Below, in pieces: positions 18,644 to 27,976 of a DNA stretch of 64,000 nucleotides. Where the stretch lies: assembly GCA_035776655.1 (NCBI GenBank), contig DASTWK010000017.1, forward strand, positions 11,940 to 75,939, in the 5' to 3' direction. The notes under the pieces were generated by a model, which did no database searches, was not told the origin of the DNA, and saw only the letters and a program-made list of their open reading frames with translations. The translations under genes were made by a program, and so were the position numbers. Each line of letters opens with the position of its first letter. Position 1 is the stretch's first letter. This DNA comes from Mycobacteriales bacterium. Its GTDB lineage: Bacteria > Actinomycetota > Actinomycetes > JAFAQI01.

Positions 18644-19692
18644 CTGACCTCCGCGATGAGCGGGTGGCGTTCACCCTGCAGCCACCCGACCAGGCGCTCC
18701 AGTCCGGCCTTCACGTCGACCTTCGTCGACCAGCCGCTGACCTGCTGGAAGCGGCGGGTATCGGACACGTACCAGCGCTGGTCGCCGACCCGCCAGTCGC
18801 CGAACTCGAGCCGGGGCTTCGCGCCGGTGAACGCGGAGACCATCTCGATCACCTCGAGCAGGCTGACTGCGTTGTCGGGGCCGCCGCCGAGGTTGAAGGC
18901 CTGCCCGCGGAATCGTTCGATGTCGCCGGTGGCCAGCAGCATCGCCTCGACGAGGTCATCGATGAAGAGCACATCCCGGACCTGCCGACCGTCGCCGTAG
19001 AGCGTGATCGGCTCGTTCGCGAGCGCCTGCTTGGCGAAGTGCGCGACCCAGCCCTGGTCTTCGTTCCCCTGCTGGTGCAGGCCGTAGATGCAGCTCATCC
19101 GGAACACGACGGTCGGCAGGCCGTAGCTCTTCGCGTAGTCGAGCACGTACTGGTCGGCGCCGCCCTTGGAGCAGCCGTAGGGGCTGCAGAAATCCAGCGG
19201 CCGTCGCTCGCTGATGCCGTGTCGGCGCAGTTGCGGGTCGCTCGGCTCGTAGCGGCCGGCGGCGTCGGTGACCTCCACGTCCTCGAGGCCGCCGTAGACC
19301 TTGTTGGTAGAGGTGAACAGCAACGGCACCGGCCGGTCCAGACGGCGCAGCTCCTCGAGCACGTTGAGTGTTCCCGCCAGGTTCACCGCGAAGTCGTGTC
19401 GCGGATCCGTCACGCTGGTCGTCACAGCCACCTGGGCGGCGAAGTGGAACACCCGCTCGGCAACGCGCAGAGCGGCACGCACCGTCGACCGGTCGCGCAC
19501 ATCGCCCTCACTGATCGTGAGCCGGCCCGGATGCTGCTCGCGCAACCACCGCAGGTTTCGGCGGACCCCTGGCCGGGACAGGTCGTCGAGCACCACGACG
19601 GAGCGCCCCGCCCGGAGCAACCGATCAGCCACGTTCGTGCCGATGAAACCGGCGCCGCCGGTGATGACGGTCCGACCAGTTCCCTGCTTCAT
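18640..19692 (-). CDS. NAD-dependent epimerase/dehydratase (CDP-paratose epimerase-like)
   Basis: ITGGAGFIG, STNKVYG, SPYGCSKG, RMSCIYG; ATG 19692. Confidence 0.9.
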   Translation of the reverse strand: MKQGTGRTVITGGAGFIGTNVADRLLRAGRSVVVLDDLSRPGVRRNLRWLREQHPGRLTISEGDVRDRSTVRAALRVAERVFHFAAQVAVTTSVTDPRHDFAVNLAGTLNVLEELRRLDRPVPLLFTSTNKVYGGLEDVEVTDAAGRYEPSDPQLRRHGISERRPLDFCSPYGCSKGGADQYVLDYAKSYGLPTVVFRMSCIYGLHQQGNEDQGWVAHFAKQALANEPITLYGDGRQVRDVLFIDDLVEAMLLATGDIERFRGQAFNLGGGPDNAVSLLEVIEMVSAFTGAKPRLEFGDWRVGDQRWYVSDTRRFQQVSGWSTKVDVKAGLERLVGWLQGERHPLIAEVS

Positions 19693-19741
19693 GCAGCCTC
19701 CACCTCGCCCGGCGCCCACGCGAAACGCGGGCTTCGCCAAC

Positions 19742-20869
19742 TCAGACCGTCAGACCGCGCTTGGCGAGCTCGGACGTGGCAGCGTCGACCGAGTCGACCG
19801 CGACCTGTCCCTCGAGCCATTCCGCGAGCTCCGTCAGTCCGGCGTCGAAGTCGACCTGCGGGGCGAACCCCAGCACCTCCCTCGCGAGGGTGATGTCGGC
19901 GAAGCAGTGTCGGATATCGCCGACGCGGTACTTGCCGGTCACCTGCGGCTCGATCGCCTCACGCCCGAGGATCCGGGCCAGCCGGTTGGCGACCTCGTTC
20001 ACCGAGACACTGGTGCCACTACCGATGTTGATCACCCGTCCCGCGACGTCCGGTGAGACCAGCGCTAGCCGGCAGGCTCGCGCTACGTCGTGGACGCTGA
20101 CGAAGTCCCGTCGCTGCTCGCCGTCTTCGAAGATCATCGGCGACCGGTCATTGAGCAGCCGGGACGCAAAGATAGCGAGCACGCCCGTGTAGGGGTTGGA
20201 CAGCGCCTGGTAGGGGCCGTAGACGTTGAAGAAGCGCAGGGCCGTGGTGGACACCTGATAGGCCTCGCCGAACAGCAGGCAGAGCCGCTCCTGGTCGAAC
20301 TTGTTGAGCGCGTAGACCGAGGACAGCGCCGGTGGCTTCGTCTCCGGGGTCGGCACCGGAGTCAGCTGCTCGCCCGCGGGACCGTGCGGCTCCCACTGCC
20401 CACGCGCCAGCTGCTCCCGGCTGCGGCTCGCCGCGGTCGTCGCCGTTCCTTCGCGGTCCAGGTAGAGGCCCTCGCCGTACACGCTCATGCTGGAGGCCAC
20501 GACCAGTCGCTCGACCGGGTGGTCGAGCAGCGCCTCGAGCAGCACAGCCGTTCCGACCGTGTTGGCGCTGGTGTAGTCACTGATCTCGTACATGCTCTGC
20601 CCGACGCCGACCCGCGCGGCAAAGTGCACCACCCGGTCCACGCCGCCCAGTGCCGCCCGAACCGCGCGCGGGTCACGGACGTCGCCGACGCACAGTTCCA
20701 CCTCCGGCGACAGGTAGTCCGGCCGCCCCTCCTCCGCGCCCAGCTGGTCGCCGTGCACTTGCGGGACCAGAGCGTCGAGCACGCGGACGTGATCTCCGCT
20801 CCGGAGCAGCTCGTCGGCCAGGTGGGCACCGATGAATCCAGCACCGCCGGTGATCAGCGTCGTCGCCAC
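19742..20869 (-). CDS. NAD-dependent epimerase/dehydratase
   Basis: ITGGAGFIG, ASSMSVYGEG, YALNK (YxxxK), RFFNVYG. Confidence 0.92.
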   Translation of the reverse strand: MATTLITGGAGFIGAHLADELLRSGDHVRVLDALVPQVHGDQLGAEEGRPDYLSPEVELCVGDVRDPRAVRAALGGVDRVVHFAARVGVGQSMYEISDYTSANTVGTAVLLEALLDHPVERLVVASSMSVYGEGLYLDREGTATTAASRSREQLARGQWEPHGPAGEQLTPVPTPETKPPALSSVYALNKFDQERLCLLFGEAYQVSTTALRFFNVYGPYQALSNPYTGVLAIFASRLLNDRSPMIFEDGEQRRDFVSVHDVARACRLALVSPDVAGRVINIGSGTSVSVNEVANRLARILGREAIEPQVTGKYRVGDIRHCFADITLAREVLGFAPQVDFDAGLTELAEWLEGQVAVDSVDAATSELAKRGLTV

Positions 20870-20907
20870 GACCGACCCTTCTGTCGGTCCCCGGCAGCGC
20901 CGGGGAC
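20870..20907 (-). promoter_or_regulatory. Two overlapping leader hairpins upstream of the glycosyl/Mrp operon start
   Basis: GACCGAC/GTCGGTC (20870-20889, loop carries the SD AGAAGG) and GTCCCCGG/CCGGGGAC (20887-20907) share 3 nt. Confidence 0.45.
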
Positions 20908-20993
20908 GGGAAGCATGTCGTCGTACGGCGCCTACCCGGCCCCTATGCGGGTAGTCATTGAAGATGCTGAAGCCGGTCGAGTGGTCCGGCGTC

Positions 20994-21572
20994 TCAGGCG
21001 GTCGGCGCCGCTCCGAGCAACCGGAAGTAGATGCTGGTCCGGATCGACGGACCGAGGTTGAGGCTGCCGGAGTGCTCGAGCTGCGGGTGCATGATCAGCG
21101 CGTCGCCGGCCTCGAGCGGCACCGGTGTCGGTGGCCGCCTGTTGTCCCCGTGGTGCGAGCCCGGCCAGACGTGGACGCAGCCGTCCTGCTCGCCGCTGGT
21201 GGTCAGCGCCACCCCGACGATGCCGCGATAAGACCGGCCGCCGGCCCACGGGGGGATCGCGTCGATGTGCGGCTGCAGCGGCCATTCCTGCGGCTCGTCG
21301 GGGAAGCGCAGCAGCAACTGCGGCTCCGCCCATTCGTCGCCCTCCTGCCAGCCCAACGCCTCGGCGGCGCCAGGTGGCAGCGCTCCCCACACCTCCGGCT
21401 CCCAGCGCAGGTGAGGGAAGAACGTCGCCTCCTGACACTGCACGATCTCCTGGCTGCTCAACCCGTAACGACGGATGGCCAGGTTGAGCAGGCGCAGCGC
21501 CGCTGCCACCGCATCGGGCGCGACTGCCCGGCGCAGGACGACATAACCGTCGGTCTCCAGCGAGGTGGCCAC
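20994..21572 (-). CDS. Phytanoyl-CoA dioxygenase (PhyH)-like 2OG-Fe(II) oxygenase
   Basis: LETDGYVVL, PHID (HxD), VWPGSH, EHSG. Confidence 0.75.
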   Translation of the reverse strand: MATSLETDGYVVLRRAVAPDAVAAALRLLNLAIRRYGLSSQEIVQCQEATFFPHLRWEPEVWGALPPGAAEALGWQEGDEWAEPQLLLRFPDEPQEWPLQPHIDAIPPWAGGRSYRGIVGVALTTSGEQDGCVHVWPGSHHGDNRRPPTPVPLEAGDALIMHPQLEHSGSLNLGPSIRTSIYFRLLGAAPTA

Positions 21573-21733
21573 GGCAACATCATTTCAACCGATCGCCCGC
21601 GGACTGTGGCGACGCTCCCGAGGCGGAGCGATCTCCGAGGTTTTTTGGGATCTCAGCGTGAGAGAAGCCGGATGTTCGTGAAGAAGACATTGACGGCCGC
21701 GGCGCGCTCGGACGCGGCGGGCGAGGAGGCTTC

Positions 21734-23062
21734 GTGACGCGTGTCGCCGTCGTGGGAACCGGTTACGTCGGCACCGTCACCGCCGTCTGTTTCGCCTGGC
21801 TGGGTCACGAGGTGGTCGGTTTCGACCTCGACGCCTCCAGAGTCGGGCAGCTGGCGGCCGGCCAGCTGCCGTTCGTGGAGCCGGGGCTGCCGAGCCTGTT
21901 GAGCGACACGCTCGCCACCGGCCGGCTGTCGTTCGTCGACGATCCGGCCGCGGTCGGGTCCACCGACGTCATCTTCCTGTGTGTCGGCACGCCCACGGGG
22001 CCGGGCGGGATGCCGGACATGTCACAGGTCGGTGCGGCCGCGCATGCCGTCGCCCAACATCTGCGTGACAGCGCCATCGTCGTGAACAAGTCGACGGTGC
22101 CGGTGGGATCCGGCAACTGGGTGCGGACGATCATCGAGGAAGCGCTGCCGGCGGGTCGCCGCATTCGTTTCGGCGTGGTCTCGAACCCGGAGTTCCTGCG
22201 TGAGGGCGCCGCTGTCGAGGACTTCCTCTTCCCCGACCGCATCGTGCTCGGCGGCGAGAACGGCTCGCTGGCCACCGTCGCGCGCCTCTACGACCGGGTC
22301 CTGCGGCAAGACTTCCCGGGCGCGCGGCCGGCGCGGCTGCCCGCTCTGGTGCAGACGACGTTGCCCTCCGCCGAGATGGTCAAGTACGCCGCCAATGCGT
22401 TCCTCGCCACCAAGATCTCCTTTGCCAACGAGATCGCGACGATGTGTGAGCTCGTCGGCGCGGACGCGGGGGAGGTCCTGCCGGCCATCGGCGCGGACTC
22501 CCGGATCGGCCCACGATTCCTCCAACACGGGTTGGGGTGGGGCGGATCCTGCTTCGGCAAGGACGTCGCCGCGCTGATCGCGACGGGTGAGGAGTACGGC
22601 CACTGCTCACCGATCCTGCGGGCCGCGGTCGAGGTCAACGAGGCACAGCGAGCCGCGGTGCTGCGCAAGCTGCAGATGGCGCTGAAGGTCCTCAAGGGAC
22701 GCCGCGTGGCGGTCCTGGGTCTGGCGTTCAAGCCGGGCACGGACGACCTGCGGGACTCGCCGGCCGTGGATGTCATCCGGCGGCTCCACGCCGCCGGTGC
22801 GGTCGTCAGTGCCTACGACCCGGTGGTGAAGCACGTGCCCGCGCTCGACGACCTGCCGGTGCGGATCAGCAGTGACGTCTATGACACAGCCGATCGTGCG
22901 GACGCGGTCGTGGTGGCCACCGAATGGGCGGAGTTCGCCGACCTGGACCTGCACCGGCTCGCCGAACACATGAGCGGGCGGGTGGTGCTCGACGCGCGCT
23001 CGGTGCTGGACCGGCAGCGGGCCGCAGCGGCCGGTCTCGCCCTCAGCGGTTTCGGCTGGTGA
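21734..23062 (+). CDS. ugd: UDP-glucose/GDP-mannose 6-dehydrogenase
   Basis: VVGTGYVG, NKSTVPVG, SNPEFLREG, GWGGSCFGKD, FKPGTDDLRDS. Confidence 0.93.
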   Translation: MTRVAVVGTGYVGTVTAVCFAWLGHEVVGFDLDASRVGQLAAGQLPFVEPGLPSLLSDTLATGRLSFVDDPAAVGSTDVIFLCVGTPTGPGGMPDMSQVGAAAHAVAQHLRDSAIVVNKSTVPVGSGNWVRTIIEEALPAGRRIRFGVVSNPEFLREGAAVEDFLFPDRIVLGGENGSLATVARLYDRVLRQDFPGARPARLPALVQTTLPSAEMVKYAANAFLATKISFANEIATMCELVGADAGEVLPAIGADSRIGPRFLQHGLGWGGSCFGKDVAALIATGEEYGHCSPILRAAVEVNEAQRAAVLRKLQMALKVLKGRRVAVLGLAFKPGTDDLRDSPAVDVIRRLHAAGAVVSAYDPVVKHVPALDDLPVRISSDVYDTADRADAVVVATEWAEFADLDLHRLAEHMSGRVVLDARSVLDRQRAAAAGLALSGFGW

Positions 23063-23065
23063 GCC

Positions 23066-24607
23066 TCAGGCCCGATAGCCGATCAACGGCACCCGGAAAC
23101 AGTTTCGGTCCATGTCCGGCACCTGGGTGACCCATCCGTTCCTGCTCTGGACCCAGCGCACGACGTTGATGCAGTTGCGCCGAGTGTGCGGCGGTGAGTG
23201 CAGCTCCGCGAAGTGGCGTGGGGTCAGCAAGCCGTGTGCGTCGTAGTCCTTGCCACTGTTCATGAACTGCTCGACACACCTGCGGGTGAGGTTGCCCCCG
23301 CACGAGCCCGCGGCGTCGGCGAACCACTGCCCACCGGCCCATCCCTCCAGCGCCCACTCGGAGACCTGCTCCGTGCCCCCGTGACCGTCGGCAGCCATCT
23401 GCTGACGGAACGCGCGCACCTCGGGATACTGCGTGTCCTCGAAGTTGCGGGTGTTGCCCGTCGCCCACAGCTTGCTCCGGCACCGCGGTGAGGCGCTGTA
23501 GTCCTGTCCTACCGCTTGGTCCCAGCTCTGCGGCGTGAGCACCTTCGCGGTGAAGTCGACGCCGTTGTCGTCGAGGGCCTTGCACAGCCGGACGTTGCCT
23601 TCGCGGTCGATGACGTCGTAGATGAACTGGACGCCCTTGTTCTTGAAGTCGATGGCCACGGAGTCGTAGTCGGGCAGCGCGAAGTTGACGACCTTCTCGT
23701 CGACCTTGTAACCCTCGTGCTTCAGCCCGTTCACGATGCTGGAACCGAATCGTTGGGACGCGGCCTGGTTGTAGACGACGACCCCCGCGCTGCGTGGCAC
23801 CTTCGGGAACTTGGTCTTGAAGTAGCGATAGACCTCGGTGCCGCCGAGCAGCTCACCGTGGAACCCCACCTGCTTGCCGTCGCGGGGGTATTCCTCGCCG
23901 TAGATGTCCCACAGGTGTGGGTACTGGTAGTAGGCGTTGTCGATCGGCTGGCTGCCGATGTCCGGCACCCCCTTGCTGTTCACATAGCTGGCGCCGGCGT
24001 AGTCGAGGATGCCGTTGCTCACGAGCGCGAACACGTGATCGTGGTCGATCAGCTGGTGCACGCAGTTGACGTTGCCGTCACCGCTGCCCTGGTCGTCGCA
24101 GGTCCGGAGGATGATCTGGCGCCCGTGCACGCCGCCGTGGGCATTGACCCAGTGCACGAACGCCTGGATGCCGTAGGCCGGGCCGACGAACGCGCGGGGG
24201 TCGAACGGGTTCGTCTTGCTCACGATGTTGCCGATCGTGATCGTCGTCGCAGTGACACCGGTGTCGGAAGCCGTGTTGCCGGCCGGCGTCGGGCCGGAGC
24301 CGGTGCGCGCGCCGGTGCCGGTGCCGGCGGAGCCGGCACCGCCGCCCGTCCCGCTCGGCCCGCGGCCGGTCGCGCTGCCGGGACCGGCTGGAGCCAGCGG
24401 CGTACCACCGGGTGCCGGGCCGGCGCCCGGCGCCGGGGCGGACGCGGCCGGCGCGCCTGCACCCGCCGGTGGCGCACCCGCCTGCACGAAGTCGCTGTCG
24501 GGCAGCCGGGTGCCGCATGCGCTCAGCGCGCCCAGGGCCACCGCCGTGCCCGCCATCACCCAGCGGACCCGACGCCGACGCTCCAGCCGTCTCATCTGCA
24601 CAGTCAT
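23066..24607 (-). CDS. ABC transporter substrate-binding lipoprotein (LivJ/Peripla_BP_6 type)
   Basis: Lipobox LSAC, Pro/Gly linker, GVTATTITIG, NAHGGVHGRQI. Confidence 0.85.
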   Translation of the reverse strand: MTVQMRRLERRRRVRWVMAGTAVALGALSACGTRLPDSDFVQAGAPPAGAGAPAASAPAPGAGPAPGGTPLAPAGPGSATGRGPSGTGGGAGSAGTGTGARTGSGPTPAGNTASDTGVTATTITIGNIVSKTNPFDPRAFVGPAYGIQAFVHWVNAHGGVHGRQIILRTCDDQGSGDGNVNCVHQLIDHDHVFALVSNGILDYAGASYVNSKGVPDIGSQPIDNAYYQYPHLWDIYGEEYPRDGKQVGFHGELLGGTEVYRYFKTKFPKVPRSAGVVVYNQAASQRFGSSIVNGLKHEGYKVDEKVVNFALPDYDSVAIDFKNKGVQFIYDVIDREGNVRLCKALDDNGVDFTAKVLTPQSWDQAVGQDYSASPRCRSKLWATGNTRNFEDTQYPEVRAFRQQMAADGHGGTEQVSEWALEGWAGGQWFADAAGSCGGNLTRRCVEQFMNSGKDYDAHGLLTPRHFAELHSPPHTRRNCINVVRWVQSRNGWVTQVPDMDRNCFRVPLIGYRA

Positions 24608-24653
24608 CACCAGCGGGGACCATAGATCAACATCAAGCGAGTCACCGGCTGCC

Positions 24654-24679
24654 GTTTTCCTGACGGGTGCACCGGGCAC
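24654..24679 (+). promoter_or_regulatory. SigF/SigB-type promoter motif (GTTT-N16-GGGCAC)
   Basis: Motif ends 12 nt before the GTG of the first MFS gene. Confidence 0.45.
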
Positions 24680-24691
24680 TTCGCGCACGAG

Positions 24692-26191
24692 GTGAAGACC
24701 ACTGCTGGCCGCGACGACTCTCCGGCGAGTGCGATCGCCGACCGCGTCCAGCAGGTCGCCGAACAGTCGCTGGGGCGGCTCGACGATGCGCTCGGCGGCC
24801 GAGCGCGCCGGCACGTCCTGCTGCTGCTCGCCGCGATCCTCGGTCTGAGCAGCGCCGACCAGGCGACGATCGGGGCCAGCGCGACACAACTGCGTGCTGC
24901 GCTCAACCTGAGCAACACCGACCTGGGCCTCATCGCGAGCGTGAGCGGCCTGGTCGGGGCCGCGGCCACGATCCCGCTCGGGGCTCTCGTCGACCGGGTC
25001 AACCGCACCAGGTTGCTGGCGATCGCGCTGGTGGGCTGGGCGGTGGTCATGGCCGCGAGTGCCGCGGCCACCTCGTTCCTGTTCCTCGTGTTGATCCGAT
25101 GCGCACTGGGGGGCGTCGTCGCCGTGGCCACGCCGGCGGTGGCGAGCCTGATCGGCGACTACTTCCCCGCGGCCGAGCGCGGCCGCATCTGGGGCTATGT
25201 GCTCACCGGCGAGCTCGTCGGCTCCGGCTTCGGGCTCAGCGTCGCCGGGGGGCTGGCCTCGATCAGCTGGCGGGTGTCGTTCTTCGTTCTCGCCCTGCCC
25301 GCCATCGGTCTCGCTGTGCTGTTCCGCAGGTTGCCCGAACCGGTGCGCGGGGGCGCTGCCCGGCTTCCGATCGGCGCCCCGGAGGTACGCCGTGAGCAGC
25401 CCCAGCCCGGCGACGCGGATGCCGAAGAGCCGTCCCCGATGAGCCACGCCCAGCAGGCGGCTGCCGAGGGAGAGACCGAACCGATCAGCGACCTCGTGCT
25501 CGACGAGGAGCCGACCGGCTGGCCGTTGATGCAGGCGGTCCGCTACGTGCTGCGGATCCGCACCAACGTGATCCTCATCATCACCGGCGCGGCCGGCTAT
25601 TTCTTCTTCGCCGGCGTCCGGGCCTTCGGCATCGAGTTCGTGAAGGGGCAGTACGGCATCGGTCAAGGCGTTGCCAGCATGCTCGCGCTCTTGCTCGGCG
25701 CGTGCGCCATCGGGGGAGTACTCGTCAGCGGACGGCTGAGCGACCGGTTGGGGGCTCGCGGCCACCTGAACGGGCGCGTGTACGTAGCCGCGGTTGCGCT
25801 GTCCGCTGCCACTCTCCTGTTCATCCCGTCGCTGCTGCTCACGCAGGTGGTGTGGGCGGTGCTGAGTCTCAGCGCAGCCGGGTTCTTCCTCGCCGCCGTC
25901 AACCCGCCGTTGGACGCAGCGCGGCTCGACATCATGCATCCGACCCTCTGGGGTCGCGCCGAAGCGGTGCGGACGGTGCTGCGCCAGCCGGCGGAGTCGG
26001 CCGCGCCGTTGATCTTCGGTGTTCTCGCCGACCACTTGTTCAACGGGGGACATCAAGGGTTGCAAGCGGCGTTCCTGCTCATGCTCGTGCCCCTCGGTGC
26101 CTCGGTTGCGGTGCTGCTGCGAGCCCGGCACACCTACCCCCGGGACGTCGCGACCGCGGCGGAGTCGATCGAGCGGACGTGTGATCTGTGA
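24692..26191 (+). CDS. MFS transporter
   Basis: About 12 TM; GALVDRVNRTR and GRLSDRLGARG motif-A variants. Confidence 0.9.
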   Translation: MKTTAGRDDSPASAIADRVQQVAEQSLGRLDDALGGRARRHVLLLLAAILGLSSADQATIGASATQLRAALNLSNTDLGLIASVSGLVGAAATIPLGALVDRVNRTRLLAIALVGWAVVMAASAAATSFLFLVLIRCALGGVVAVATPAVASLIGDYFPAAERGRIWGYVLTGELVGSGFGLSVAGGLASISWRVSFFVLALPAIGLAVLFRRLPEPVRGGAARLPIGAPEVRREQPQPGDADAEEPSPMSHAQQAAAEGETEPISDLVLDEEPTGWPLMQAVRYVLRIRTNVILIITGAAGYFFFAGVRAFGIEFVKGQYGIGQGVASMLALLLGACAIGGVLVSGRLSDRLGARGHLNGRVYVAAVALSAATLLFIPSLLLTQVVWAVLSLSAAGFFLAAVNPPLDAARLDIMHPTLWGRAEAVRTVLRQPAESAAPLIFGVLADHLFNGGHQGLQAAFLLMLVPLGASVAVLLRARHTYPRDVATAAESIERTCDL

Positions 26192-27474
26192 CGACCACCC
26201 ACACCAGCCAGTCGGCCGGCGCCGAGGAGGAGACGAGCGGCGACTCTTCCCTCAGCGGTGGCCAGCGGCGGTTCTTGCTCATGCTCGGGCTGCCGGCGCT
26301 CGGCATCACGTTCGCTGTCACGGTCGTCTCGACCTACGCGCCCGTGCTGCTCGGCGCCAAGTCCAGCCCGGTGGTCGTCGGGCTCGTCGTCGGCGGCGAG
26401 GGGTTCTTCGGGCTGCTTCTCCCGTTGCTCGTGGGCGCGATCTCCGACCGCAGGAGCGACACTGCTCGAGAGCGGGCCCGGGCACTACTGGTCGCGGGAC
26501 CCATTGCCGTTGCGGCCTTGCTGCTGCTCGCCCTGCCCGGCGGCTTCGCGCTCATCGTCGTGGGCGCCGCGCTCTACTTCGCCGCGCACTTCGCTTACCT
26601 CGCGCCGTTCCAGGCGCTCTACGCCGACTATGTGCCGGACCAGGCCAGTGGCCGCTCCCGCAGCTTCGAGAGCATCTGGCGCCTCATCGGCGCCGCCGGT
26701 GCGCTCATCGCCGGCGGGTTCCTCATCGAGGCGTGGAAACCGTCGCCGTTCCTCGTCGGGGCGGTGCTGATCGGCGCAACGACCACAGCCTTCTGGCTCT
26801 ACCTGCGCGGTCGCGAGGACGTTCCGGTCGACCACAGCGGGCGCAACCTGCAGGAGCTGTGGTCCACCAGCAAGGAGATCCTCGCCGACCGCGACGTCCG
26901 GCTGATCATCATCGCCAACACGCTGTGGAACGTGACGCTGTCAGCGCTGCGAGCGTTCGTCGTGCTGTTCTTCACCATCGGGCTCGGTCGCCGTCCCTCC
27001 TTCGTGTCCGGCGTCGTCTTCCCGCTGGTCGCGCTGGGGATGGCGCTCAGCGCACCGCTCACCGGGAAGGTCGCCGACCGGTGGGGCCACATCAAGGTGC
27101 TGCGGCTGGCCGTGCCGATCTATGGCCTGGGGCTGTTGCTCCCCGGCATCTGGCAGAACGCCTGGGTCCTCGGGATGGTGCCGATCGTGGCCGCCTGCGC
27201 CGCCACCGTCATGATCGTGCCGTTCGCAGCGTTGATGCGGCTGATGCCGGACGCCGACCACGGCGCAACCTCCGGCCTGTTCACCCTGAGCCGCGGGCTC
27301 GGCAGCATGCTCGGTCCGCTGCTGGCGGGTGGCGCGATCATGGCGTTGCGCGGCCCCCTCAGCGCCACCCACGGTTTCGCCGCGATGTGGTTCGTCATCG
27401 GCGGCTCCACGCTTGCCAGCTGGCCGGTGCTCACCCGGATCGGCTCCGGCCGGCGGCGGCAGCGGGAAGGTTAG
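26188..27474 (+). CDS. MFS transporter
   Basis: About 12 TM; GAISDRRS and GKVADRWGHIK; GTGA overlap with the upstream MFS gene. Confidence 0.9.
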   Translation: MTTTHTSQSAGAEEETSGDSSLSGGQRRFLLMLGLPALGITFAVTVVSTYAPVLLGAKSSPVVVGLVVGGEGFFGLLLPLLVGAISDRRSDTARERARALLVAGPIAVAALLLLALPGGFALIVVGAALYFAAHFAYLAPFQALYADYVPDQASGRSRSFESIWRLIGAAGALIAGGFLIEAWKPSPFLVGAVLIGATTTAFWLYLRGREDVPVDHSGRNLQELWSTSKEILADRDVRLIIIANTLWNVTLSALRAFVVLFFTIGLGRRPSFVSGVVFPLVALGMALSAPLTGKVADRWGHIKVLRLAVPIYGLGLLLPGIWQNAWVLGMVPIVAACAATVMIVPFAALMRLMPDADHGATSGLFTLSRGLGSMLGPLLAGGAIMALRGPLSATHGFAAMWFVIGGSTLASWPVLTRIGSGRRRQREG

Positions 27475-27504
27475 AGCTGCGACCGGCGCGGACAAGGGTC
27501 AGTC

Positions 27505-27945
27505 ATGGCCGTGTCGCAACCGATGTCACAGCCGCTCGAACCGGAGCGGCAGAGCGTGGCCAAGCCGTTGCGCGCCATGGCCATGACCGCCGCGATCGTC
27601 GTTGGCGGGATCCACCTGGCCCTGGCCCAGCAGCGCTACGAGCTGGACTCCGCCTGGATCGGCTCCGTCTTCGTCGCCGGCGCGCTCGTGCTCATCGTCG
27701 CCACCGGAGTAGCGGCCTCCGGCGACCGCTGGGGCCGCCCGCTCATGTGGGGCGGCTGGACCGTCAGCGCCGCCATCTGCGCTGCCTTCTTCGTGCTGTT
27801 CGTGCTGAGCCGGTCCGTCGGGCTGCCCGGCTATCACCGCAGTGACGTGCCGCCGGAACAGGTGCTCGCGCTCGTGGTGGAGGCGGCGTACGTCGTCACC
27901 TTCCTGGCCGCCGTCGCCCAGGCCCGTCGCTCGTCGGCACACTGA
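27505..27945 (+). CDS. Hypothetical membrane protein (about 4 TM)
   Basis: Hydrophobic ORF with GC-rich codon usage; no family motif recognised. Confidence 0.65.
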   Translation: MAVSQPMSQPLEPERQSVAKPLRAMAMTAAIVVGGIHLALAQQRYELDSAWIGSVFVAGALVLIVATGVAASGDRWGRPLMWGGWTVSAAICAAFFVLFVLSRSVGLPGYHRSDVPPEQVLALVVEAAYVVTFLAAVAQARRSSAH

Positions 27946-27976
27946 CGCGGCGCCCCACCTGCCCTAGGGTGGACGG

